Origin: Ptychomitrium polyphyllum
Taxonomy: Eukaryota
Assembly (NCBI GenBank): GCA_973851085.1
Contig: OZ316775.1
Coordinates: 558,001 to 622,000, forward strand
Direction of reading: 5' to 3'
Length of the DNA stretch: 64,000 nt
In this document: piece after piece, positions 11,436-25,210 of the stretch
How positions within the stretch are numbered: the first letter of the stretch is position 1
How the letters are laid out: every line of letters starts with the position of its first letter
Notes under the pieces: model-generated
What the model saw: the letters and a program-made list of their open reading frames with translations, nothing else
Databases searched by the model: none
What the model was told of the DNA's origin: nothing
Made by a program: the position numbers and the translations under genes

Positions 11436-13543
11436 TCAAAAAAATCTTTCGTGATTGATAAACGAAGGGGTATCCTCCAAGGCTCTGTTGGGCTCAATCC
11501 ATCTACCCTCAGGGGAAAGCTCCAATCCTTTGTTCTCCACCTGCCACCAACTTGGTGGAATGCAGTACTTCTCCAGCAAAAGGTCGGCGTACTTGTTCAC
11601 CAACGCGTGGTCGCGACCGGTGACGAGCTCAAAGCTTCTCGATTTCTGCCCTTGATGCCCATCAACAAGATGTAAGTAGCACTCCATGTTGTGGCAATGC
11701 ACTGGGTCTCGCGTGCGTTTCAAGTAGGGTGAGAGAGTGTGATCGACTCGAAATTCAACGCCGACGTGCTTGTAAGTCTCCATCCATGGGAAGTGAATGT
11801 TTTGCAAGGTCCTAGGTACGAGATCATACAATTCGACAACTTGCAAGGCTCTCAGCTTCAATCCTTTGAATTTTTTCCTGAAACTTGTGTTGCCGACTTG
11901 AGGGCTTCCGAATGTGAAGACTGTGACTGGGATGGTTTCTTCAGCACCAGAGCTATTTTTACGTTTGTTTAGACCTCGTTCAGCAATCTCGTAGGCTGTT
12001 AGAATTGACAATGCACCTCCCAGGCTGTGTCCTGTAAGAGTGATGCTGAGATTGTCTTCTCTGTAGAGTGTCAGTAATCGTGTCAATTCTATGATAACCT
12101 GCACAGAGATAAGATTTTTCATTCAACGCCACGACTACGGCCTAAGTCAAAACATTACTCTGTCAATTTGTTCAATACTTTTTGTGAAGAGGGTATTGAT
12201 GGTATACTGACCTGCTCCGAGGCACTCTTCCGGTTGAACTGCGATGTAGACCGCCTGCAAGTGTACAGACTCCAGAATCCTTTTTCTACTTTTGGCCACA
12301 TCTTTGTCCCCTTGCAGTTTCCTCCTGCAGTCACGATAGGCACCATTTGGATCTCTGCGTCGACCAGCCACTCGATCGTCCTCACCGTTCCACGCCAAGC
12401 AATAACAATGTCCCTCCTTCCAAGCCTTTCTATCTCCTGCATTTCAGTGGCAACAGCCACATACCCCATCCAGTTGGACTCTACATCCCAAGGCTCTGCA
12501 AACAGAGAGGATTGCAAAGCACGTGGCAGAGGATTCTCGCTTGTTGCGTAGAGGTATCTCGTCACCTGGTAGCCATTGTCCTGCTTGTGAAGCTTCTCAA
12601 ACATTTTCTGCTTCTGAAATCTTGCACTGCCAGCATACTTCGACCGAGTCTCGCTAACGAAGTTGTCATATGTGAGTTGAGCGAAGTCGCCATAGCGAAG
12701 AATCTCTAGTCTGAGGTTGAGGTCTAAGGGCTCCAGTAACCCAATCCAATTCTTAGCCCCTTGAATTTCCCTCCATCTGCTCGAAAGGGGCGCATCACCT
12801 GATTTCAGATGATCTATTTCCTCGCGAAGAGAGACCTCTTGAGCACTGAAGCTCCTGAGTTTGCACGATGTCAACACAGTCGAACTGGCTAAACGTAGTT
12901 TTCTACTCGAGCTCACAGCTGTACTATCAGAACCTTTCGAGGAGACAAATTCTAAATGGCGCGACGAAGATATCCAGTTAGCGAAATCACTTGAGGTACA
13001 TAGAATGCCAATGTTGTGGTATTCATTGGACACACTCTTGACATCATTCCTGTTAAGGTGAGTAGTGCTCTGGAATACCTCCCCTGTCCCCCAGCCTCTC
13101 TGTAATGAAGTAGCGTTTATCCTCTTTCCAATCTGGTCAACTCGTTCAGCACCAAAGCTTTCCGGCTTCTTCTCTTTCGCAACTAATTTTCCCAGTGACA
13201 TTTGTTCTAGACGGATCGCATCAAGGCCTGAAAATGCGATAGACTCCGCTGCATGGCCTTCTCCATGACCTAATGTTGTCAAGTGGTCTCCTAGTTTCCA
13301 GTGAGGATTCAGGCTCCCAGACATAGATTTTTGAAGAACATGAACGTTGCTGGAGGAAGAAACCATTTTGGCACCAGGGTGATCAAGGGAATGATCGCGC
13401 CGATGTGTTGTAGCTATAGCATTTGTCACTTCAGACCCCTTTGCTTGAATACTGATAACGGTCATGCACTGCTGCACAGGTTGACTGACATCCTCCATAA
13501 CTTCCTGACTAACTGGCATCATGGCAGCTAATGGCTGCACCAT
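11436..13543 (-). CDS. DAD1-like phospholipase A1 (lipase class 3); exons 13543-12212 and 12098-11436
   Basis: WREIQG..NW.GLLEPLD..LR.EILRYG, SNWMGYVAV, RRDIVIAWRGT, catalytic GHSLGG, TFGSPQVGN, D(LVP) and H(NMECYLH). GT-AG intron 12211-12099 (113 nt) joins SASEQ|VIIEL in frame. The start codon is uncertain because of a long N-terminal extension; the first ATG is used. Confidence 0.92.
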
Positions 13544-16072
13544 GTTGAGGAACTTGCGGCTCGATGAAAACCTCTCCTGACTCTTAAACAAAACGATATT
13601 CGGAGTTTCAAACAATATCAGACAAAACCTGTGACTAAAGACATAGAAACCTTAAATTAAGGTAGGAGAATCTAAGGCAAAGCAGAGTTCTTGATACAAG
13701 CCGATTGATCTGTAGGAAGCTCAAAAGTGTAAATCCTCATCTCTTCATGATCTAGGCACAGAATCTGATCCCAAACTACTTCTTCCTGACATTTGTAAGT
13801 AACTACGCAGTTCTTTATCATTTATACAGAAGAATATTTTAGATTATTACAGAAAACCGTCCACAACAATCCAAACAAAATAGCATGAAAAGGAAAACTG
13901 CTAGATTTTAGAGTCCTATTGGAAGATGATTAGTTAGTATGATCCACCAAGCAACCATGAGGTGTGTTCGCTATGAATACAGAACGCCACTTGACTAAGA
14001 TAAGAAGATGATCGTTCACCTTTGAGCTTGCTTGGTTGATCAATGATCACTCCTTTGACTAAGTAAACACCACTACAAAATCACGATTACTTAAATATTT
14101 AAGAGCGGGGTAGATTGGTCAATTCCATTAACCTCCTCTGTCGCAAAACCATATACAACTTCTGACAATTAAAAGCAATCCTAAAACTCAAGCTTCACAC
14201 GCATCCCCAGAGTGTGATGAAGTATACCTTAATAAAGTAGAGCCCTAATGTACAGAACGACTACTCCTGACAGCATCTACTCAGCCACATGTTCTCCAAA
14301 TTTAATCATTAATCAGGATAGTCAATATCCCAATGAACCATAATAATGATGATAAAGAATCTGAAATACCAAGGTACTTATTACACATTAATAAGTTCTG
14401 AAGGAACCGAGTGGCGTGTTTGACCTCCAAAACAACCCCCGCCACATTCTAGCTGCCCTCTCATTCAGCAAAACTCAACAGCGCAAGTTAAATCGCACTT
14501 GCACTCCTTCAAGTTATCCAAATCATTGAATACTGAATGTAGCAACCATGACTAGTCTCTCGGATCCACACTCAAGCTACCAGCAACAACAAGCTGGTAT
14601 GTCTTCCGAATTGAATACTCTTTCGTGTAAGCAAATAAAAAAGATGGAAGAACATACACGTGATAAGGTTACAAAATCCGGATGAGATAGCGATGGAGCA
14701 AATGCTGACTGAAGAAGCATGCCTCTTGTGACTAAAACCCTTGACCGATAGATTGAAAACACCGTACAATTGCGGTCCTACAGACGATGCAAAAGTACTG
14801 CAACACCCACCCTCGATACGCAGCAATGTGCTCCAAAGGCAAACCACTTCCACGACCAGGTTCAATGACGATGACCGGCGAAAGTGCACCATCCTTAAAA
14901 AAAACGCATCACTACGTGCAAGAAACACACGCACTAACCGACTAATACGGGTGAAACTTTAGCAATCGGGACTTCGACCTTCATGTCGACATTCTCGCCT
15001 GTCCTTGTTTCCTACATCGCAAAGTCGTCTACCTTTGGAACTTAGAACCGTCAAACGAGAGTCTTTCACTTCTTTGACACATTCTGTCAAGTTTTATAAG
15101 GGCTGCTAATTTTCTCAAGTATCCCAGTCCATGATTGATACATATGAAAAATCTCATGAGATTATGCAAAGGAGCCCTGAACTCGACCTTTAGTGGTGTT
15201 CCGAGGGTACCAACGCACCACCGATGCTCAGCCCATCCTCCAACATCGCCACACACCACTCAAGATTACAACAACCCTTCGAGGCACTCATCTATGCAAG
15301 AAACTAGCGTACCGACGGAACAAACTTTCAAACATTTCATACAGGAAGCCCAAGAACCCTACGAACTTCAGCTGGCCTTCACTGGACAAACAGCAACTAC
15401 CAGGAATCGAGGCGATCATCCACACGAACATGACTTCGCAGTTCGAATTGCAAGGCCCCATGGACTCATAGATACACGCACTGGAAGACAGACAGAAGGA
15501 TGATGAAAAAACAGGCCAGGACGTCAACAGAACAGCGAACCCCGGGATCAATTACCTTTGCCCCGAACAACCACACACGCAACTCCAATAGATAGGGCCG
15601 GTTTTCTTCCAGGTCACAACAACACTTCGGAAAGGGACTGCATTTCACGAACTAAACCCCTAATACATCATAAATTCAAAAGGCTTTTGCACCCTCCACC
15701 CCTGCCATCCCATGGTGATCCCCGTTGACGTCCCGGATCCCCAAGGCTCAACTCTCCCACGAAGCATCGGTATATTCCGAGATTCACAAAACAGCTGCGC
15801 AGTGCACTAATGCTCCCCGAAAGCATTCATGTACATCGCGTGCACAACCAAAAACCCAAGCCTCACACCACGCAGGTCAGCATACTGGTGAGAAGAGATG
15901 GATGATGTTTCCACAGATGGTGCCAGAGAAAGCATTTCAGTGCGGACTCAAAGAGAACCTGAAAAATGTGATGAAAATTTGGTCCCCATTCCTGAATGTG
16001 TCAAAAAGTATACAAAAAATGAGAAGACCGTCACTAATTTCCTCGACTGCCACGACCACCACTGTCACTCCT

Positions 16073-16959
<887 letters not shown>

Positions 16960-17968
16960 GGCGACGACGGAGACACGGAGCCCCGAGCGAGAAAGTGAAG
17001 GAAGGAAAGGCAGTGTGCGTGTGGGCTTGCTGCCCTAATCCCCTTCTCGCCCCCTGCCCTCCCGCTGTTGCCCTAATTGGCCGGGCTTTGGTAGGGGTGC
17101 TGTTCCCCATTCTGTGTTGCTTTAGATCGACGTCCTCACCACGTTCCACTCGAACTACAGCATCGGTTCTCCGTTTGCTTTGCTGTTTCCGAAGTGCGAG
17201 CCCATTTCATTCGAAAATTCTACGACATGCGGGAAGGTGAGGTCATCTTGCAAGAGTGAGGAAAGCCGATTTTTCTTTTGGTGAGGGTAATGGCAACGAC
17301 GTAAGTTAGTTTCGGTTTTGTAATCGAGAAGGACAGGCAAGATTATTGCATAATGCGTGCAAGTAACATGGTATAGTTAAAGTACGCATATTCAACAATT
17401 ATTGTCAGGAACTCATTGGCTAGTTTGAAAAAATTTCGTTACGGGAATATTGTAGAAACTACAAATGACACACGTTAATCAGAAGTTTCCTTTCCATGTA
17501 TGCAAGATATAGTTTGTTAGTTGGCCAACATGTACTGAGATAAGTATTGTTGATTGCTGTTTTTTTTATACGCTTAAACAACGTGTACCAAAGTTTTAAG
17601 CATTTCACCTTCTGTATAGTAACGAATCAATTTAATATGATCATATAAATTTGGTACCCATATTAACCATAGAAAGATAAAATGAGAAGACAAAAGTAAA
17701 GGAAATATGACAAAACACCTATGGCCCCTATCACGTCCAAGATTTGATAGTGGATTACCCTTGTTCCTATGCAATTGTAAAAAGTAAAAAAATAAGTAAA
17801 TTCACAAGTGCAGACAGACGGATATCCTGATATTTAAAACCATTTCTTCCATACTACGCCCTAAAACCTAAAAGTGTAGCGAAACCCAACGGCAGAGATG
17901 GCAAAATAACTACTAGATCTAAAGTTACTTACTTAGTTGATAAAAACGCACAGGAAGTAGCCCTTTCC

Positions 17969-18068
17969 NNNNNNNNNNNNNNNNNNNNNNNNNNNNNNNN
18001 NNNNNNNNNNNNNNNNNNNNNNNNNNNNNNNNNNNNNNNNNNNNNNNNNNNNNNNNNNNNNNNNNNNN
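17969..18068. other. Assembly gap (100 N, placeholder size)
   Basis: Run of 100 n interrupting RPL8 copy B. Confidence 0.99.
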
Positions 18069-18371
18069 CACGTTGCCGATCGACAGAGTCGCCTTCTTGC
18101 CGCAGTACACGAACTGCCCCGAGTACATGCCCTCGGCGGCGATGAACCGCTCCTTCTGCCGTTTGAACCGGAACGGGTGCCGGAACGTCACCTTGCACAG
18201 CGGCGCCCCGCGCCCGGAGTCGTGCACCACCTCCGACACCACGCCCTTGATGTACCCGTTGCGCTCGGCGTAGTCCAGCGACCGGAACTGCGCGGGGCCC
18301 TTGCGGCGGTGCGTGTGGCTCCGGAAGATGGAGCCCGCTCCCTTGCGCTGGGCGCGGATCACACGGCCCAT
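18069..18371 (-). CDS. RPL8: 60S ribosomal protein L8, copy B (5' part only, runs into the gap)
   Basis: [10 protein letters not shown]...ATLSIGNV, then N. Has GVVSEV where A and C have GVLSEV, and a different 5' flank, so it is a distinct copy. Confidence 0.88.
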
Positions 18372-19947
18372 GGCGACGACGGAGGAAATGCAAAGGCGCA
18401 GAGAAACAGACACAGACACTGACACAAAGACACAAGGGAAGTCCCTACAGAGAGCGAGGGCGAAAAGAGGGCCTGCGGACTAGTGCTGCTGCGCCTTCTA
18501 CCCCACCGGCCGCCTCGTAACCCTAATTCGTGCGCGACCCATTTGCATGTTCCTTCCCTTGCGCTGGGTAGGGTATAAATGGTTGCTCCCTTAGACCCAC
18601 CCAGCGACTGGTTCTTGTAAGCGTTGATTGTATTGCAGTGCATGTGTTGATTTCCGTTTCAGAAGTCCGAATCTGATTATTGTTGAATCTAAATGCATCC
18701 GATGAGGTTTAAGTTATGTATGTCCTATAATATGGCAATAATGATTGCCGTTTTCAATTAAATCCAATTTAGATAAAACTTTTAAGGTTTTGTACAAAAT
18801 AAATTTAAAATTGTAGTTTTTTTATACATTTATTTTTCTTTGGAGATTTTGTTTATCATGTAAATGTTTTTTTTGGAGAAATTACATGATTTAAAGAGTA
18901 CATTCTTGAGTTAATTTATAAATTAACATTGCATATCAAGGTAGATGCAACTATCAAAAATGTATTATCATATAAATTCAAACTAGTAAATTATTACAAG
19001 AGTAGATATCTTAGATGCTCACTCTTATGTATCTTAATATGAAGTACACACTTGTAAAGTCTAGGTTTCTACAATAAATTGCAATTTCATTATTTGTTAA
19101 TTTTTGTTATCAAACCTCTTAGGTCCTTCAATCTAAAAATAATTCTAAAAAAATCTGTCTCATCCAAAAACAGTGTGTTAATGATAGAAAATACCTTTGT
19201 GGTTGAAATCCACTATTCAAAGAACAACCTTTATATATGCTGAGCAAAAGATTTATTCACTATTCTACATTTAAAGACAAAACATCATTCTAAAATAACT
19301 CAATCTACAATCACTATAACTAATATAAAATCATTAAAACATTAAAACAACTGCAAGAATAGATTGAAACAAATAAAACTTTGTACAATTTCATTAGAAG
19401 TAACTGTTGTACATTAATAAGGATAAAACCTAATCATTCAAATAATATAAGAACTAGTTACTACACTACTAACCTTACCAATGACATAATATAAAAACTA
19501 GCATATATTTTTAATTCTTTATTATATGGACTTTGCTGATACAATATACGTTGCAGGCTTAATGTTATTAATCTTGCAAATCCTAAAAAACCAAAACTAC
19601 CACACATCGTTGTCCATTACCCTCACCAAAAGAAAAATCGGCTTTCCTCACTCTTGCAAGGTGACCTCACCTTCCTGCATGTAGCAGAAATTTCGAATGG
19701 AACGAGCCCGCACTTCCGAAAAAGCAAGGCAAGCGGAGAACCGATGCTGTAGTTCGAGTGGAACGTGGCGACGACGTCGATCTAAAGCAACCCAGAATGG
19801 GGAACAGCACCCCTCCCAAAGACCGGCCAATTAGGGCAAGAGGGGGAGGGCAGGAGGCGAGAAGGGGATTAGGGCAGCAAGCCCACACGCTCACACCCTT
19901 TCCTTCTCTCCCTTCCTCGCTCAGGGCTCCGTGTCTCCGTCGTCGCC

Positions 19948-20833
<886 letters not shown>

Positions 20834-23800
20834 AGGAGTGACAGTGGTGGTCGTGGCAGTCGAGGAAATTAGTGATGGAGTTATCATTGAGTTTTTTTGC
20901 TGAGGACGAAAGTGATAAAGAATTAATGCCAAAGAGACAGATTTGGGTCCACTGTCTGCTGCAACTGATGTGCATGGGTTGGACATCTTTTTTGAGATTT
21001 GGTCATCAGTTTTGGCATGAGCGTCGGAGGTTTCTGCACGTGTATCCGTTTGGAGCCTCAGACGCTAAACCCTGAACCGAAACCCTAGAAGTGGTGTGAG
21101 GTTTTTCGAGTTTGGAATCCCGACGTAGTGCGCTCGTTGTCGTGTGGCGTTTTGTGCTGTGTAATTGTAATGCTGGACAAATAGGTATGTGTGTCTACAT
21201 TAGTGAGTGCTGGTCTTCTGGTTTTGGTTCTCACCCTGCGGCGAGGCAGTGTGGCGCTGGCTTGATTCGGAACGGGACGGATGGTGCTGTGTTTGATGTT
21301 TCTTTTTTCGAAATTTGGGAATTTTAACTGGTTGCTTGGGTGTTTTCGGAAGCCCTAGGCTGGCTGTTTTTCTCGGTTTGTAGTTCTTTGAGTGGAGTTG
21401 CTCGTGTCCTGTGAGTGTTGCTGAAGGCATGTTCGTTCCACCGGTCCCAGCCTTGTGTTCAGCAGCTTCCTTTCCAGAGGAGGTTTTCCTGGATCCTGAC
21501 GTGGTGATTTGTCACACGAGGAGGATGTACTGAATCGCAGATTGGCCCGTCATCGTCCCCAGCCGTGCCAGTGCCGGAGGTGTATCACATTAGTCAATGT
21601 GGTGTCTTCGCAGTTGAAATGCTCGCATGACGTGCGATTGTCGTATGTTTGACCGTGATAATCGGTGCTGTCTGGTCTTCTTCTACCAAGTGCCTGGACC
21701 GAATGCGTGGGATTACGGTAGGTCGTCGACGTGGCAGGCACTCGTCCCGAACTCGCTCATGTTTTTAGAATGCAGCAACGAAAGTTGCAGGTGAAGAACA
21801 AGGCAATTGGGTTGGCTATGGCGGAGAACAAGGCTGCTTCATCTTTTTAAACATATGTAGGTCTTTCAGGTCTCTTACAGCCTTGTGTGACACGCATAGG
21901 ATGTGTAGATGCAGGTTGTAGTCACCTTTCTAAGGAATACGGCATCAGTATTCTGATGAAATAACCACTCAGTGGTCGGACATACTTGAAGAATGCACTG
22001 TTGTGAACAGAAAGAGACGGAGCACTTCAGGTTTGTATTATAATTGCCTAGATTTGAACAATCGGACGCAGTGGTCTCACCAAGATGTGCAGTTGCGGTT
22101 CGTTAGCATGGGTTTTGCATCGGATAGGTGTTTTAGGGCGATTTTTTGAGTGGCTTTCCATCAGCGGTTGCTGGTACTTGATTTCACTTCTGGGGCTGTC
22201 GATCCGTATGCCGTTGATCGTGGAGGCGAAATGAGTCTTGTGTTGTAACCTTATGTTGTGTGTAGTATGGGTTTTTTTTCCAATTATGAAGGAGTACGGG
22301 TGTAGTATGGATGGGTAGCTGTTTTGTTGTGGTTGCTTGTTTGTATCGTGGACATAGAATCGTGGTTTAGGATTGTTTGTGCTATGTTCAGAGTAGACAA
22401 GTTATATAGCACGTAATTTTAAATAGTGTATCTATTAAAGAACCGAAATTTGTAGGAATATAGTGTAGTGCACATTTATGTGTTGGCTTGTTTTTGTTGT
22501 TTATAGTGTTAGCTGAGATTGATGCTTTATCATTGGTTGGATGTGTGTACAAACCTGCTATATCTCGTCTGGTCTAATTTACAATGGATTTGGTTTTGGG
22601 GTTGATGTATGTGGTCACTTTTCACTCTGACGTGAAAATCTATGAGGGTGGAACCAACTTCACACAATAACTTGTCATGGTACCGTTTTGAGTGTTGGAA
22701 CAAGTCAAAGTATGGGTTTAAATGTTGGTTGGTACCGAGTTTGAATATATTACTCAAGAAGATCATTGTGTGACTGAGGGTACTATATTTCGTTATGTAC
22801 ATTCGAGTTCATTCACCATTTGTGGTAATTAGGGCATGAATGTGTAACACTTTATCGTTAATGTTTCCTCATTTCAGATTTGAAGATGTCAGGTCTGTAG
22901 TCTAGGATTGTAGTAGAGAGAGAAGCGGTTATTTTCTAGAATAACTGTTTTTGTTACTAACACGAAAGTTACGAAGATGATTTTACGATGTGAGTGCAGT
23001 CGGATCTCCTTCTCAAAACGTTATTTAAATGCAGGGTCCAATAGTGTGTTGTAGCATCTCATTCAGCCGCATGTCAGTTGATCGTATTGAACAGAAATTG
23101 CTACGTGGAAACGATGTCAAACATTTAGGACAGCGCCCCCAAAGTCCACTGCGCACTAGCACTGATTCCCTGATTTTGTACTGTTGTCTGAGGTATTGGA
23201 GGCAAACAGACTCCCATAAGTTAGTTGTGAAACTAGCCAATGAAGATTGCTTCCACATTCAGCCATGACATAGATCTAGCTCATCGATCATCAAGTCCTT
23301 AAAGAAATTTGAAGACACTGGAGGTCTGCCCAAAGTTAGCCCCGCCTCCTACAGCGACTTAAAAGCGGTTGCGGAGCATATGCTCTTCGTTTTACAAAGA
23401 TTGCGGAAGCGTAATCGTGAACTAAATTACCTTCTGAGTAGCCTCCACGGTTGACATCGAGGGAACTGGAGAAGTTGAAGATTTCGGAAGTCTGGACACA
23501 GTCAACTGAGCGCCGGCTTCCACAGTGATGAAGAACGTCCTGATTAAAACTCTTCATTCTAGGAAGATTTTTAAAGACAAATTGTAGATCGTGGGAATTT
23601 ATTCGAGATGCTGAGTAGATTCGAAGAGCATTATAGCGAGGGAAGACTTGGGAAGTCTGGCCAATGTGAGTTCAGGAGCACTAATTCTTCGATCTTTCAA
23701 GAGTTTTAAGATAATACGTGGATTTCGTGAGGAGAAATCAGAAAAGAGATAGATGCCAGGGGCGTCAACGGGCGGGCGGAAGAGGAAGACGAAGCAGAGG

Positions 23801-24078
23801 AGCCAAGCGATGGCTTTCGCATGCACCTGAACCCGGCCAACCTGGCGGCCTCGCTGCGCCGCTCCCCACGGTTTTTCTGTCCCGTCCAAGCTAATGCGGG
23901 AGCGCCTAGCAGTGACTCCTTCGCTTCGTGTGGCGGTTTTTGTTTTTGCTTCGCGTTCGGAGTAACGAGGTTGTCAGTAGGCAAGTAGCGGCAACTTTCT
24001 TATCATTCTCCGCGGAGGAGTTTGGAGTTCCTGCAGAGTCGAGGTGTTGGAATTCGGATAGACAGGTTGAGCTTGAAG

Positions 24079-25193
24079 GTTAGGTTTCTTCTGCTGATGT
24101 TTTTTCTGTTATCATTTTCACATTTCAGTTGTTGTGTTGGATTTTGTGCTCTCCGGTTTGGGAACACGTTACGGCTGGCCATCGCGGTGCCTGCGCTGTG
24201 AACTCTCGACTCTGTTGGTATTGTCGCGAGTCAGGAGTCTGGGCCGCAGTATTTTGAGGAAAAAGGAGGCGCTCAGTGTGTTTTCCTCCTGTGAATTTCG
24301 CCTGAACATGCTCAACAAGCAGATTTGAGCTATGGAAAGTGCTTCTGTTTGCGCTGTCTCGTGCGGATCATGATCTTAGAGTTTGAGTTGTTGGAAATAG
24401 TGGTTTGTTCGCTTTACTTTTGTTCGGAAGTGATTTTCAATGCTAAGTGGAATTTTTAGCTAGTCAAAGTTTCTTGGCGTTTTAAGACGTGGTCGAATAT
24501 CTTCTCTTTATGGAAGTTTTTAGTGTGATAATTGATTCACTCGCAATCCGAGTTTTGGTTAAAACTAAAGGTTAAATCTTTCGGGACGCTGTAAAGGAGA
24601 TCGAGAGAGATTTGCACAATTTTGGTGTGAAGAATTGGATTTAATCTCGGGATGGAGTGATCGATTAGTGGTAGAGAGTGCGATTAAAATTTTACAGTTG
24701 CAGTTCTCCTTGTCTAGCTGCTACTTGTTTCTTACCTATGTCTCTAGCTCCGAGACTGTGACTACAGAATTGAAAATCAAAATGCCCTGTGTCTGCTGAA
24801 ACGTTCTCGTTGAATAAGAATCCGCAGAACATATGATTTTATGTACTTTTGCTGCTGTCTTGCTTTCAACGACGGAAGGGATTGAGAGCAGAGCAGTGCT
24901 CAATTACATCAGGACTTGAGTTCTGCGTACCAGACTATTGATAGACAGAGAGGAACGGGCATTCGAGTTGATTGCTTTCTTGTATTAGGTGGTCTGCTGA
25001 AATTTATGACGACACCAAAAAGTTCTATTTAGTGTGCATTTACTTTTGATTTTCTAGAAGCGTTGGTGTTTTACTCGTAGTGATTGTTTTATGTGAGTTT
25101 TATTTGATGGATTGAGCTGAATATGAACTTGATATCGTCATCACGTGGTGCGTGATTCCTTGTTACCTTATTGTTTATGATTTTCCATGTTAG
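24079..25193 (+). other. Probable 5'-UTR intron of the PEPC gene
   Basis: Donor gaag|gttagg at 24079 follows a GC-rich leader-like region. Acceptor ttttccatgttag| at 25193 lies 17 nt before the ATG. No transcript evidence. Confidence 0.5.
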
Positions 25194-25210
25194 GCTGGTA
25201 GAGCTTTGGA

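Noticed and set aside
15895..16000. C/D-box-like words (gtgatga...ctga) near the RPL8 copy A 3' end as a snoRNA
   Set aside because: Antisense to RPL8, box spacing too short, and no terminal stem or rRNA guide identified.
20900..20915. ctgaggacgaaa resembling a hammerhead ribozyme core (CUGANGA...GAAA)
   Set aside because: Only one base lies between the two boxes, so there is no stem II, and I found no convincing stems I or III.
23753..23830. Short ORF MPGASTGGRKRKTKQRSQAMAFACT upstream of the PEPC gene as a possible uORF
   Set aside because: The transcription start is unknown and the ORF may lie in the promoter. No conservation evidence.
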